Shown here: positions 37,260 through 50,030 of the stretch, in pieces
Position numbering within the stretch: position 1 is the stretch's first letter
Layout: every line of letters begins with the position of its first letter
From: Trichoplax adhaerens
Lineage: Eukaryota > Animalia > Placozoa
DNA: 64,000 nucleotides
Direction of reading: 5' to 3'
Assembly: GCF_000150275.1 (NCBI RefSeq)
Contig: NW_002060959.1
Span: 432,371 to 496,370 of the forward strand
Notes under the pieces: model-generated
Databases searched by the model: none
Seen by the model: only the letters and a program-made list of their open reading frames with translations
Told to the model about the DNA's origin: nothing
Position numbers and translations under genes: made by a program

Positions 37260-39210
37260 ACGATCAGTTTGGTGGTAAAGGAAATAGGCTACAGTTTCAT
37301 TTTTAAGCTATCAAGCTCGATGGACCACCACGGTGGTAGCAATACTAGCAACAATGATGCGCCGAGTAGTATCCTATTTCTACAATTTTATTTGAAGAAG
37401 AAAGTGGCGATGGTTCGATACAAATTGCCTTGGAAACCAAGAACGATATTAGATTGAGTCATTCAGACTCAAGAATTGTTTTCGAAGAAGTAGATGCACT
37501 CGTGTATCGCCTTTTGCTTATGATAAGCCTTGTAATAACGGTGGAGTTAGGATGCAATCATCTCCATCTTATGTCAATTCAAGCGTTAGCAAAGTAATTC
37601 ACCATCAAAAAACGATCATCTAAGGAATCGTTCCAGGTCTGAGATTGTTTTCCAAGAAAGAGATGCCACTACAGCGTTGCGATAGCAATAAGCTCACGAG
37701 AGATTAATAAATAGTAGTAGATCAAGTCCTTGAAATATCCGATGCATGACTTATCGATTCTATAATTCATTATCAAGACTAACTTCAATCACTGAACTTA
37801 CTAAATTAGGAGCTTTGTCTTCGATGGCTACTGGCCATTCCTTACTTATTATTGAGCCACCAGGATCCAATTAGGACTTCTTCAGCTACCGATTCGCCTT
37901 TTCTAAACCGATCCTTAACTATAGATGGTATTTTCCCATCCTCATCATCATCATCATCGCCATGGAAACATCAAGAATCGAATGAATTGCAGCAATAGTT
38001 GGAACAAATTAGGAATAACATGCTAAGACAGTAATACAAATTGACCCACAGTGCCTATTGGAGTCTTTCATATTTCTCCATAAAAGTAACATAATATCCA
38101 TCGCCAATGACTAGAATGATTGATTTGGTTTTTTTACCCGACTAAATATAGAGCAGCCAAATCTTAGCTTGTAGATGAAGAGCTATGTTGAGCATGGTAT
38201 TCTACAAATAGTCAATCTCAGCCTAGAAAGGTACTCAGGCAAAGCATCCATGATCATAAATAGTAAGGTGCCGAATTCCGTTAATAGGAATGATCAAAGT
38301 AGATAAGTAACGCATAGAGTTGGTTATAGTCATAGCGAGATCTCTATGGCTATAGTAGTCCGGAATAACTGATTTACCTTAGAAGACAGCAGCATTACTT
38401 CCATCCTTGCTAATTTCCATAATAAGTGTCCTTGCTATAAACGGCCGATAGTTTATATCTACAGTATATGTTAAATGAGTTTGGCTAGTTTTATATAATC
38501 AGCTTAGAATAGCATTTTTCGTCATTTCTGTTAGTCAGACCATCCTGCGTTTTAGGAAGTTCATTTCTACCAGCATCAACGACTTTAATTTTATTCCTGG
38601 TGTAAGAATTCTAGCAGCATCAACTACTTCCATTTTATTCATGGTCCAAGCATCGATGATCGCCGTGCAAAATGAAGTGCTATTGACAGTATTTGTGCTT
38701 GTTATTTTGATTGATTTAATCGATAGGATACTCGGATACTCTTTATCGAAATAATGAACACCTAAATGAACAAGTGAGTTATGCACAATAAAGCAATATC
38801 GTTCGGACAACAGAAAGTTGTAACTTGATCCTTTGGATTAGTGAAAGAGTCTGAAAATTCCATCTATGGCCAATCTCTTTGCGAACTTCAAATTGGAACT
38901 AGAATAGATAACAGAATTCATCAGTGCAATATCAAGATGCTCATTTCATAGCCACCTGTCTGAGTATGTATGCAACTAGTTTTTCTTATGATGATGTTAG
39001 TAGGATATCTCTTTCTCCAATAATATCATAATTTGTGGACATGGTTTCAAAAACAGCTATCTTTTCTCTTCTATAACAGTAATGTAGGCCATACATACCC
39101 ATCAATGCTAACCAAAAGTTGATATCAACCGTACCAGGAGAATGGTTATACTTTATTTTTAGAAGAACAGGGACTTGTGGCAATACATGCTACAAAATGG
39201 AACAACGCCA
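37260..39210 (-). pseudogene. PERK remnant B-prime: luminal and TM exon remnants (minus) plus inverted kinase-insert exon (plus, ~37260-37690)
   Basis: IIDAWTMNKMEVVDAAR resembles copy [18 protein letters not shown]; TM/juxtamembrane remnant ~37800-37960; plus-strand RLSHSDSRIVFEE resembles copy [14 protein letters not shown]. Confidence 0.8.
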
Positions 39211-39648
39211 AGACATTAAATTAATCGTATTTTATTTATTACTTGTTGGAATTATTGTTTTTGAAAGCCATAATTCCACATTAATTATTCGTTAATTTTA
39301 AAATACGTTCTCTTCTATTCCCGTAGCTAATTACAAAAATTTCCTGACAGAACAAATTTAAACTTTTATCTAGGTTATAAAAATGACAATATTCCCATCT
39401 GCTATATACCCTATTCTATTTTTTATAATGCTGTGAGGCATAATTGCGTTTTTATAACTATGACGAGTTAGTAGCAATGACAACATGGTCGTAATGGCCA
39501 GTTGAGTTGGATGCTGGAGAGTGAGATACGTGTATGTGGTATAATTCAGTTTTATTGCATGAAACATCAATTGCTAAACATTAGATATGACGAGAATTCG
39601 AAAAAATTTTCCTTATATATCACTGCTATTAATTGATTAAACGACTCA

Positions 39649-42640
39649 TTATAACACTTTAATCTTAGCATATACTTCGCTCGCTAGAATTTTTTCAGCA
39701 AGCGGGCGTTCTTTTGGGTTACTGCAAAGCAATCATCTTATGAAATCCGCCTAGCATAGTTAGCAAGTTTAAAGAATGAATTTCTGTTGACTTATAAATT
39801 GTATTGATTCGATAACGAGGCATAACTCCCAAGGTTTTTAATTATCGCTAAACGTATTATCAAACTCATTCCGCTCTCGTAAATTAAACAAGAGCTATAA
39901 AGTCAATATTTTCAATCATTTTCTACCTTTATTACTTTTGACACTCTATTTAAACTTTTAGTTGATTGAACTCACTTTGATTCGTTCCATTCCAGTTGCC
40001 ATCGGATGAAGCAATTTAATTATGCCTAATGCATAAATATCTACTTTTTGGCTATAATATTTTCTAGATACCTAATTGGGTTATCCAAAATCGAGTATGA
40101 TTCAATCAACTGTCAAAATGAAGAAGTAAACGGTAAATACTGCATAAATTATCTGTTCCGGGCTCATATATAATATAGTACCCACATCCCTAGTATATAT
40201 TCGTATTTCACCTTCATGCCCTTTAGCCGTGCTTTGAGGTAAGTTATCTATCATGCAGTCATAAATTAGCTTGTCGATACGCAGCTATAGCCAATTCATG
40301 CTATCTACTTCTAAATAATTTAAATTTCTGATTAGTATTTTTATTAGTAATTATAATCACTGTGATCAATTGCCAAACCAAAATCGCCAATTTTTATTAG
40401 GCCATCCATAGAAAAGAATATGTTGGCGGGCTACAAGTCAACAGGTAATTCATATTATAAACACTATTATGATATCGTGATTTCACTAAACGACTCTGAT
40501 ACTGTGAGTTATCCTATTTACAGTACTACTTTTAAATCTCTTTGAATTAATCCAATATTATGGATGTAGACGAGGGCCTTGAGAATCTATAAATTAAGAA
40601 GCGGTAAAGATTTATGCATTGTGTACGCTAACAAAGCTGAGTACATGATAAATATGATTGCTTAGAAAGAGTGCCACACAATATGTTACCTTGATTTCTA
40701 GGCTTACCTGATCAAATATATCATAACATTTACTAACGTTCCAATTTTGATCATGTATTTGCAACCATTTGTCCAACATTTTTGGCAATTCGATGATCAG
40801 TTTGGTGGTATAGAAGATGGGCTACAGTTTTATTTTCAAGCTATCAAGCTCGATGGGTTACGATGGTGGCAATACTAGCAACAAGGATGCGTGGAGTAGC
40901 TTCCTATTTCTAGAATTTTTACTTAAAGAAGGAAATAGTAGTGATTCGATACAAATTGCCTTTGAAACCAATAATGACATTAGACTGAGTCATTGCAACT
41001 CAAGAATTGTTTTCAAAGAAGAAGATTCGCTCGTATATCGCCTTTTACTCGTGGTAAGCCTTCTAATAGCAGTGGAGTTAAGGTCGCCATCTTATGTCAA
41101 TTCAAGCGTTAGAAAAGTAGTTCACAACCAAATAATGATCATTTAAGGAATCCTTCAAGTTCGGAGATTATTTTCGAAGAAAGAGAGGCCACATCAGCAT
41201 TGTGATAGCTAAGAATGATCAAATATTCGATACACGATTTATCGATTATATAATTATCGAGAGTAAGATACAATCACTGAACCTACTAAATCAGGAGCTT
41301 GGTCTTCAATGGCTACTAGCGATTCCTTAGCTATTTCTGAGGTACTAGGATCCAATTTGAACTTCATCATCAGCCACCTTGCCACCTTTCACCTTTTCTA
41401 AACTGGTCCTTAACCATAGACAGTATTTTCCCATCCTCATCATCATCATCGCCATGGAAACATCAAAAATCGAATGTATTACAGATTTATCTTGAACAAA
41501 CTAGGAATAACATGCTAAGGCAGCAATACAAATTAACCCACAGTGCCTATTGGAGTCTTTGATGTTCCTTCATCAAAGTAGCATAATATCCATCGCCAAT
41601 GATTAATTTTGTTTCATTTAGCCGACTAAATATTGCGTAGCCGAATCTTGGAGTGTAGATGAAGAGCCATGTTAAGCGTAGTATTCTACAAACAGTCAAT
41701 CTCAGCCAAGAAAGGTTCTCAGCCAGAGCGTCCATCATTATCAATAGTAGGATACCCGAATTCCGTTAATGGGAATGATCAAACTAGACGAGGAATGCGT
41801 AGAGTTAGTAATTATAGTCTGTATTGCTGAGCTAGACAGATCTAATGGATGAGGAACTGATTTGCCTAGACAATTGTATTACTTCCATCCTTGCAGTAAA
41901 CTGCCGATAGTTTTGTATATGTATTCTATCCAATTCCAGCTGGGTTTTGCTAGTTTAAAATGATTAGTTTTGAATAACATTTTTCTGTTAATCAGGTCAT
42001 TCTGCATTTCAAGAAGTTCCTTCCTACCTGCATCAACCACTTAGATAACAGTATATTCGTGGTACAAGAATTGATGATAGGCATACGACATGTAGCTACA
42101 TGGAAAGTATTGTTCATTTTTGTTATCAGATCGTCCTGCATTTGAAGAAGTTCCTTCTTAGCAGCATAGGCCACTTAATTTTATTCATGGTACAAGAATA
42201 GATGGCAGATATACAACATGAAACTACATTGAAAGCAGCTGTGTTTGTTATTATAATTTAATCGATAGCATACTCCATCGAAATGATTAATACATAAATG
42301 AACAAGAGAATCATACACGCAAAAGCAATATCGTTCGGACAGGAAAAAGCTGTAATTGGATTATTTGGATCAGTCGAAGTCTGTAACGTCATCTCTGCCG
42401 GATCTATTAGAGAGCTTCAAAACTGGAAATGGAATAGATGATTACCGCAATGTAAAGATAATCATTTCATAGCTCCGTGTCTAGCTATGGACGCAATCAA
42501 TTTTTCTTATGATGATGTTAGTAGGACATCTCTTTCTCAAACGATGTCGTAATTTGCGAACATAGTTTCAAAAACATCTTTCTTTTGGAAAAGCAAAGAC
42601 CTCTAGCAATACATGCTACAAAATGGAGCAACGCCTGGAC
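39649..42640 (-). pseudogene. PERK pseudogene B: luminal and TM remnants, N-lobe exons deleted, inverted insert (~40800-41210), degenerate kinase C-lobe
   Basis: C-lobe very similar to copy C but HRD>QRD (40542-40544), donor GT>AT (40151-40152), lost donor after DFGLAIDH and a frameshift after DIYALGI. KELLQMQD matches copy A KELLQMRD. Confidence 0.88.
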
Positions 42641-43097
42641 ACTGAAATAATCATATTTTATTGGAAGTATTCTTTTTTTAAAGCCATAATTCCACATTTA
42701 TCATTTCGTGTGTATGTTATAGATCTATTACTACGATTAATTATAAAAATTGCCTTACAGAACAAATTTAAAATTCAAAATAATCTTTTATCTAGGTTAT
42801 AAAAATGTCAATATTCCCATCCGCTAACAAATATACCTCATTTTATTCTTTACAGTGCAGTGTTGTGAGCCATAATTGCGTTTTTATAACCATGACGATA
42901 GTTACTAATAATTATAGCATGACCAGTAATGGCCAGTCGAGTTGGATGCTGAACAGTAAGTTACGTGTATTTGGTACAATTTAGTTTTATCTCTGAAGCT
43001 GCAGAGAACATTAAGTGCTAAACAATGGATATGACGAGAACTAGAAAAAAGTTTTTGTAAATAGCGCCGTTATTATTACATTATATATAACAATTTA

Positions 43098-46000
43098 TTA
43101 TTCAACTTCAATCTTAGCGTACATTTCGCTCGCTAAAATTTCTTCAGCGAGTGGGCGTTTTTTGGGGTCTCCACAAAGTAACCACCTTATGAAATTTGCC
43201 TAGTACAGTCAGCAAGAGCAAATAGTGAATTTTTGTTGACTCGTATTGTTAATCTTATTGATTCGATAACATAGCATACCTCTAATGGTCTCTCCTTGCT
43301 AAACATACTATCAAATTTATTTTGTTCTCGTAAATTGGACAAGAGCTATAAAGTAGGTCATTATATTTTCAATTATCGTCTACCCTCATTACTTTTACCA
43401 CTATAATTGAAAAACTATAGTTGATTGCACTTACTTTAATTCGTTCCATTCCAGTTGTCATTGGATGAAGTAGTTCGTAAAGTATTATGCCTAATGCATA
43501 AATATCTACTTTTTGGCTACAACGTTTCCCCGACACCTAGTTGAGTTATCCAAACAAGACATTGTTACCGGCAATGTGTAGAAACGGGACGTTACCCTAT
43601 ATAAATTACCTGCTCAGGGCTCATATACAACATAGTGCCCACATTTCTAGAATACTTTTTACGTTCATGACCTTTACTCGTGCTTTGGGATAAACTATCT
43701 ATCGTATCTACGGTAACAAAATTAACTTGTCAATACGAAATAACGCAACGCAATCAAGATGAAAACAGTTAAAATTTTGATTCGTATCTGTAGTGGTCAC
43801 AGTACCATAGTCGCCGTAATCAATAGCCAAACCAAAATCTCCAATTTTCACAAGGCCATCCATTGAAAAGAATACATTAGCAGGCTATAATGTCAACAGG
43901 TAATTCATATTATAAACATTAATGCTATTATGCCTTTGTTGAAAGACAATGATACTCGGTACTGAAAATTATCCAATTTATCGCATTACCTTTAAATCTC
44001 TATGAATCAATCCAATATTATGGATGTAGACTAGGGCCTTTAGAATCTACAAATTAACAAGCGATAGAAAATTTTTGCACTACATATGATAGCACAGCTG
44101 AGTACCAGCTAGATATGATTCATTAGAAAGACGACCACAAAAATTATCCTCCTCACTTATAGGTTTACCTGATTAAATATATCATAGCATTCACTAAAAC
44201 TGCGATTTTCAACATTTTTTTGTAACCATTTGTCCAATGTTTCAGAGTGGCAAAGTTGCATTTGAATGAATAAATAGCTAGGTGGTTTTACCACTTCTGT
44301 CGGACAAGACTGATGGCGTTTTCTCGCTTTTCTAACACTTGAATTAACATGAGAGGATGATGATGTTGCCCCAATGACGCTGTTATTGGAAGGTTTACCA
44401 CTAGTACCAGGTAATATTGCATCTTCTTCGAAAACAATCCCTGAGTTGGAATTGCTCATTCTAAGGTCGTCACTCGTTTCCGAATTCTCAAAGGCAATTT
44501 CCATCGAATCCTTGGCACTTTCTTCTCCAAGTCCGGATTCTTGAAAAATTATACTACCCGATGTATCATCACCGCTATTATTGTCATTATTATGATCGAT
44601 CGACTTTGATAGTCCGCGAAAACTAAACTCTAGAGAGTTTCGTGCAAATCGTACTGATGATTTAAACTTTCCATTGAGAGAATTGCTTTCCAATTCTGTA
44701 ATTTGGTCAGTATAGGACCAAGAATAATTTAGTTTTCGGTTCACGTTTGAGGACTGAAATGAACTTTCGGTTTCAAAATTTTCATTATCGTCTTCGGTAG
44801 CAAAAGCCCGTGAGCTTTCTTCACTATAAAATTAAACGAATAATTAAGTTTTATTTTTACCAAGGCAGTACAAACTTCAACACTGTTTTAGTTGCCAATG
44901 CTATTGTCAAGTGCTGTACCTAGCAAGTATGTCAGAATTCTTTGACCAGCTGCTTGATGATTCCTCTACCCATGCGTTATAATAACGTACTGTTCCAATA
45001 TGATCCAATTTGGCTAGCAACTTTACTTCCCGTAAGACTTTTTCACGTTTTTCATCCCTAAGAATGCAAATACATAATCGCTTTCATTAAGAGATATTCT
45101 TGAAAAAGTGTTATCGAATCGAATCTTTTACCAATACAATCATTGTTTACCTATCAGGCAATCGCACTATTTTAAGGGCGTAATCCTGATCGTCAAATTT
45201 CTTTTTAGCTTTGTACACAACACCATATCCACCACGTCCTAGCTTCTCTTTTAATTCAAATTCACTATCCAGCCTAACGAAAAAGTTGACATATAAGGTT
45301 ACAAAAAGGCATCATATCATTTGTAGTCAGCATAATGGAGTACCGTGAAATTTGAATCATCTCTCCATTGTCGGTGTTACCATTCTAAAAGACATTACGA
45401 TGAAGATATGAGAAATATTGCACTGTAACATGTCAATAATTAAATCTTCGTATTACCGAATTGCTTCCTGATAAAGTAGTAGATGTTGTTAACGTATCAG
45501 ATGAAGGCGGCACAGAGCTTTGATCCTGAAAATTATCGATTATAATTATTACTATCATAGATGTATTTATGAAGCATTCGAACTACAATTTCAACGAAAT
45601 TAAGCACCTTGTCCTCGCTAAACATTGGCGATTCCTTTTCTGTCTCCGAGGTATCATTATCTATTTTAGGTTCATCAGTTGCTGTTTCACGTCTTCTAAT
45701 CCAGCGCTGTACCACATAGGATGTGAGAAGAAATTGCACGCTACAAATCACTAGTATCTCTTTCCTAATCGTCACAATGACAAAGAAATGAACTTAGGAA
45801 TTGTAGAAGAATTCTAAAGAAAGTCGCGACAGTACTATAAAAAAGGATATGCAATTACCACCAATCCCAGATTGAACCTTTAATGTTTCCCATGATAGTT
45901 GCATAATAAACATAATTTCCATCGCTAATTAGCTGTTGATTTGGCTTTTTTTGACTGACTAGAATTTCACCATCATCTATGAAACAGCATTTAGTAATTA

Positions 46001-49000
46001 GTTAAGAAAGCATAATAGAATGACTAAACATGGTAAAGTTTTAGGTTCTCAAATTTTAGAACTATACAAACCGAATGGATAAGGAACTGATTTGTCTTTT
46101 AACGCAATTTCATTGCTTCCATACTTGTTAGTTTTCACAATGGGCGTTCTACTATGCAAGGCAGAAAGTTTATACATATACCAACCCATTCCAGCGGCTT
46201 TCGCTAGTTTTGAAAAATCACTAGTAATCAATGTTTTCTCATCTCCGCTCGTCAGATGATCCCTCATTTGAAGAAGTTCTTTTCTAGCAGTATCAGCTGC
46301 TTTCATTTTATTAACGGTGCATGAATCGATAGTTGGATTTATGTACAGCTGATTGTTGTAAGTTCCTGCAAAATTTGACAGTAACTTTACAAAGCGAAGT
46401 GTATAATAACATTTTACATTCGACATTTTGATCTTATTAGAAAACATCGTGCACAAATTAACGGCGTACCTATGTACATAAAAATAGCATTATCTACACG
46501 GGATAAAGCGGTAGTTTTATGATTTGAATCAGTCGATGAGGAGGTTGAGAAGTCAATTCCTTGTGAGTTTCCGGTACCAGAAAGGACCATATCAATTTGA
46601 CGCAGCTTGCCATTTGATAACACCCAGGTTGTCGCTACAGGAGCTTCAAGCTGTAAATACGATGGATGATTAACAAATGGAAGCATGATAATGCCTGTAG
46701 ACACCCGTTTGGATGTCTGTACTATAATTAATTAATCTTGCGACAATTTATTACCTCTTTTTCCCAAATAAGGTCACTTAGGGAACCCAATCTGCGGATA
46801 GTGTTACAAGAACAGCTTTATTATTAGCTCTACAGCAATGTAACCTACATGTACTCGTACGTGCATATGTAAAACAATACCATCCATACCCTGAGAATGC
46901 ATATACTTTGTTTTTGGAAAAGCTGATGTATACTTTTTCCCCATCATTTGTTTCAATACTAACAGGCGTAGCCCTGCCGTCAGAATCACAATGATGCTCT
47001 TCGTCTTCATTAGGTAACGATAGCTTATACTGTCCAACAGTTAAATTCCATCTGCAATGTATTTTGATTTATCGTTATGGAAATATATTGATGACATAAG
47101 AGAATTACTTGCATGACAGATTACGACAAAACACAGACATAATTTTATATTGCGTAAATCTAATATTGGTACTAGCATCATCTGAGACTAAAGAAAGTTA
47201 CGTTAGCTTATACAACTAATACCTTTCTGATCCAGATACCATATCAACAGCTCGTAGACCTTCTTGTTCCCGTCTAACAATCAAGATTTCATCAGCAACC
47301 GCTTCAGTTCCCGAAGACTTGCAACCTTCCCCAGTGCATATATACTGAATCTGTATAATTTACAAGATAGCAATGTTAATAAAGAAATACTAAAAATTTG
47401 AGTCTTATGTGCTACGTAAGATAGCTAGTCATTTTCCCTCATGCCAAAGAATTTGGGTATCGCGGGTTTGAATACTGTCAGACGCACAAAGCAAACATAA
47501 TTTAAAGTAGCCATGACACTGCGCAGCAATTAATAAATATAATATGCGTAAAATCATTTTCTAACTCAGCCTGTCTACTCTTAGAGTAAAATATTCGCTA
47601 TTGAAATAAATAGTCTGCTTTGTGTTACATCATATAATTTATTATGTCATTCTTTTTTAGGGGATTAGTACTAAAATACTTATTAGCCTGCAGAGGATGA
47701 TATAAAACCAACATGCGCACATATGCATTCAACGACATATTCGCCACGTTATAATACTGCACAATAATAAAATGTCACGATATTGCCACGTGTTTTGATG
47801 GTGAAAGAAATTGACGAATAGAGTTAGAAAGCGAATAATTATACAGTGAAATGGCTCATTTGAGTATTTTATGTCGAGAAGGGATACTATAACAATAAAT
47901 CTTCACCACGATATTCTACGAAAAGTTATTTACTGTTCATTAAAATCGATTGGAATTATATGAAATAATGATATAGCAGTTTCAATTTTATGTATTATTA
48001 TATAATTATCAGAGACCAATCACATTCTCGCTTTCGAATTGTGAATAGATATTTAATTATTGATCATACATCATAACATCCATTCACTCGTTTCTTGAAT
48101 CTAGAAATAGCTACAAAAGCCGAGGAACAGTTGAATTGACATCGAACAAAATCAAGGGATGTTATCATTCATTTTATGCAAATTTAAAAGTAATGTATTA
48201 ATTTCAACTAAATATGTTGCTCGCAGAGATGAATAATGAAGTACAGTACCTTTCCTGTTACATAGTTTATTCCATACAGATGCACGTGCTTGCTGCCAGA
48301 AAGAACCGACTTATCGCTGACCTTGTACGATCTGGAGAGCATATCTTCGGCTGTAAACGGCATTAACTAAAATAGTAGGATTAGAAAGAGTTTAGTAACT
48401 TTTAGCCAAAATTTACTGCGCTTACTGAAGTGTACATGACCTCATGAAAATAGATTACAAGAAAGAAAATCTACTTTTCATTCACAACTTCATATTGATT
48501 TATTAATTAACTACATAAAGTATAATTCAATATACTGCAGGCGATATAATGTACTTCTAATTTTAATACCGGTTTATGAATTGTATTTTGTTATGATGCA
48601 GTTTGCATTTTTCTAAAGTAGGACATTTAACAACTTGGCATGTAAGTGCTAATCCTTTGTTTAAGTAGTCATCGAATATTACTGTTATACTACTGGATAT
48701 TAAGATGTCCTTGTTGATTAAATCATAATTTCTGTTTGTTCAATTTTTAAAAATACTACTAAAACACCCTATTGCAATACATGAAATTAAAGAAAATAGC
48801 CAAAAAATTTTCAGCTGATCGAATGTCACTTTACAAATCATGCTGAAATATTATTGTGTTATAAGAAAAGTTGTCATATACAATTCAACTCGTATTTGCA
48901 GAAGCAATAATAGAAAGACGATATCATTGACAGCAGCAATATCTTTGGATTTGTCTAGCAAAACGGCAATGGCACAGTTTATCGGGCCGATTTTTCACAT

Positions 49001-50030
49001 AAAATGATAATATAATAATAACGTCCTTGTTGCAATGACACAATTGATACAGTAATGTTAAGAAATTGAACAGTTTTGACTAAAGATAGCAATCTATTCT
49101 TAGGGCTAGGATGGTATGGTTACTGAAATTATTTTAATACAATTCGTTTGGTTTAATGTCATAGCGGTACCTTGACATGTCCTCTTTCTTGATAATATAT
49201 ATGGCCATCGAGAGAGGGAATCAGTTTAGGGGCATCGACTTCTCTCTGTCAATGAAAGGTAAATGTAATTCATTACGGTCATAGCTTATTTTAGGATTAT
49301 TATTTCAGGCATTTTTTTGGAGAATTACAAATAACATCAATTAGAAAGACTATCCAATAAGTCTATCCAGTAACGCGTGCTGCTGCCGACATCAATGCTG
49401 ACTGACTGATATTAAAGATCCAAGCAGCAGCCATGTATTAGCTCGGTAAAAGAAGGAAAGAAAGTATCTTTCGATCTTACCTTGACGGTCGTTGTTGATG
49501 AAGAGACTAGAGGTCCTAATAACGAATGCAAAATCCAATGTTTTTGCCCATTTCCTTTAGCGTCTAGAGCGGTTAATTTTCCATCCAATGTGCTAACAAT
49601 AATCAACGAATTGCTAGGGGAAAAAAATAAAGGATAATCAGTTTTGGTGATGCTTTTCCTCCTCATTAGCCAAGAGTTGATGATGGCTAGATCACGACTC
49701 ATAAGAAAAAATGGTCATGGCGATTCTCCTCTATGACTTCTACTATTTAGAGACTCTACTGTTGAAAACAGTCTTGACAGGGCTATACTAAACAGTCATG
49801 ATGGGCATGACGTCAGGTATAGGTCAAGGAAAAACAAAAATCGAGAAGCTTCCACCCCATGACTGGAAAACTTACCACGAACCAGCGCTACATTTTAACG
49901 TAGAAACACTCTTTGAATCATCCAGTCCATTAGCGTGACATAATAATAATGAAATAATCCATACGAAGACAAGATGGCATCGAAATTGCTTTAACATAAG
50001 GTTGCAAGAGCGACGAAATTGGTAATCCAT
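43098..50030 (-). CDS. EIF2AK3: Eukaryotic translation initiation factor 2-alpha kinase 3 (PERK), full-length copy A, about 22 exons
   Basis: Signal-peptide exon 50030-49876; luminal motifs [54 protein letters not shown]; WWKEI plus TM; kinase LGRGGYG, YALK, VRYYNAW, long acidic/Ser insert, [30 protein letters not shown]. Exon phases join in frame where checked. Confidence 0.92.

Noticed and set aside
39649-40785. C-lobe-only kinase as a baculovirus PK2-like eIF2-alpha kinase inhibitor
   Set aside because: Lost splice sites and a frameshift prevent a coherent product.
40817-41146. Plus-strand 109-aa ORF (and 37269-37457) as a novel gene
   Set aside because: It is the inverted PERK insert exon; the frame differs between the two copies.
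49808-49815. TGACGTCA CRE/ATF palindrome in PERK intron 1
   Set aside because: A single 8-mer can occur by chance in 64 kb and I did not see it in copy C.
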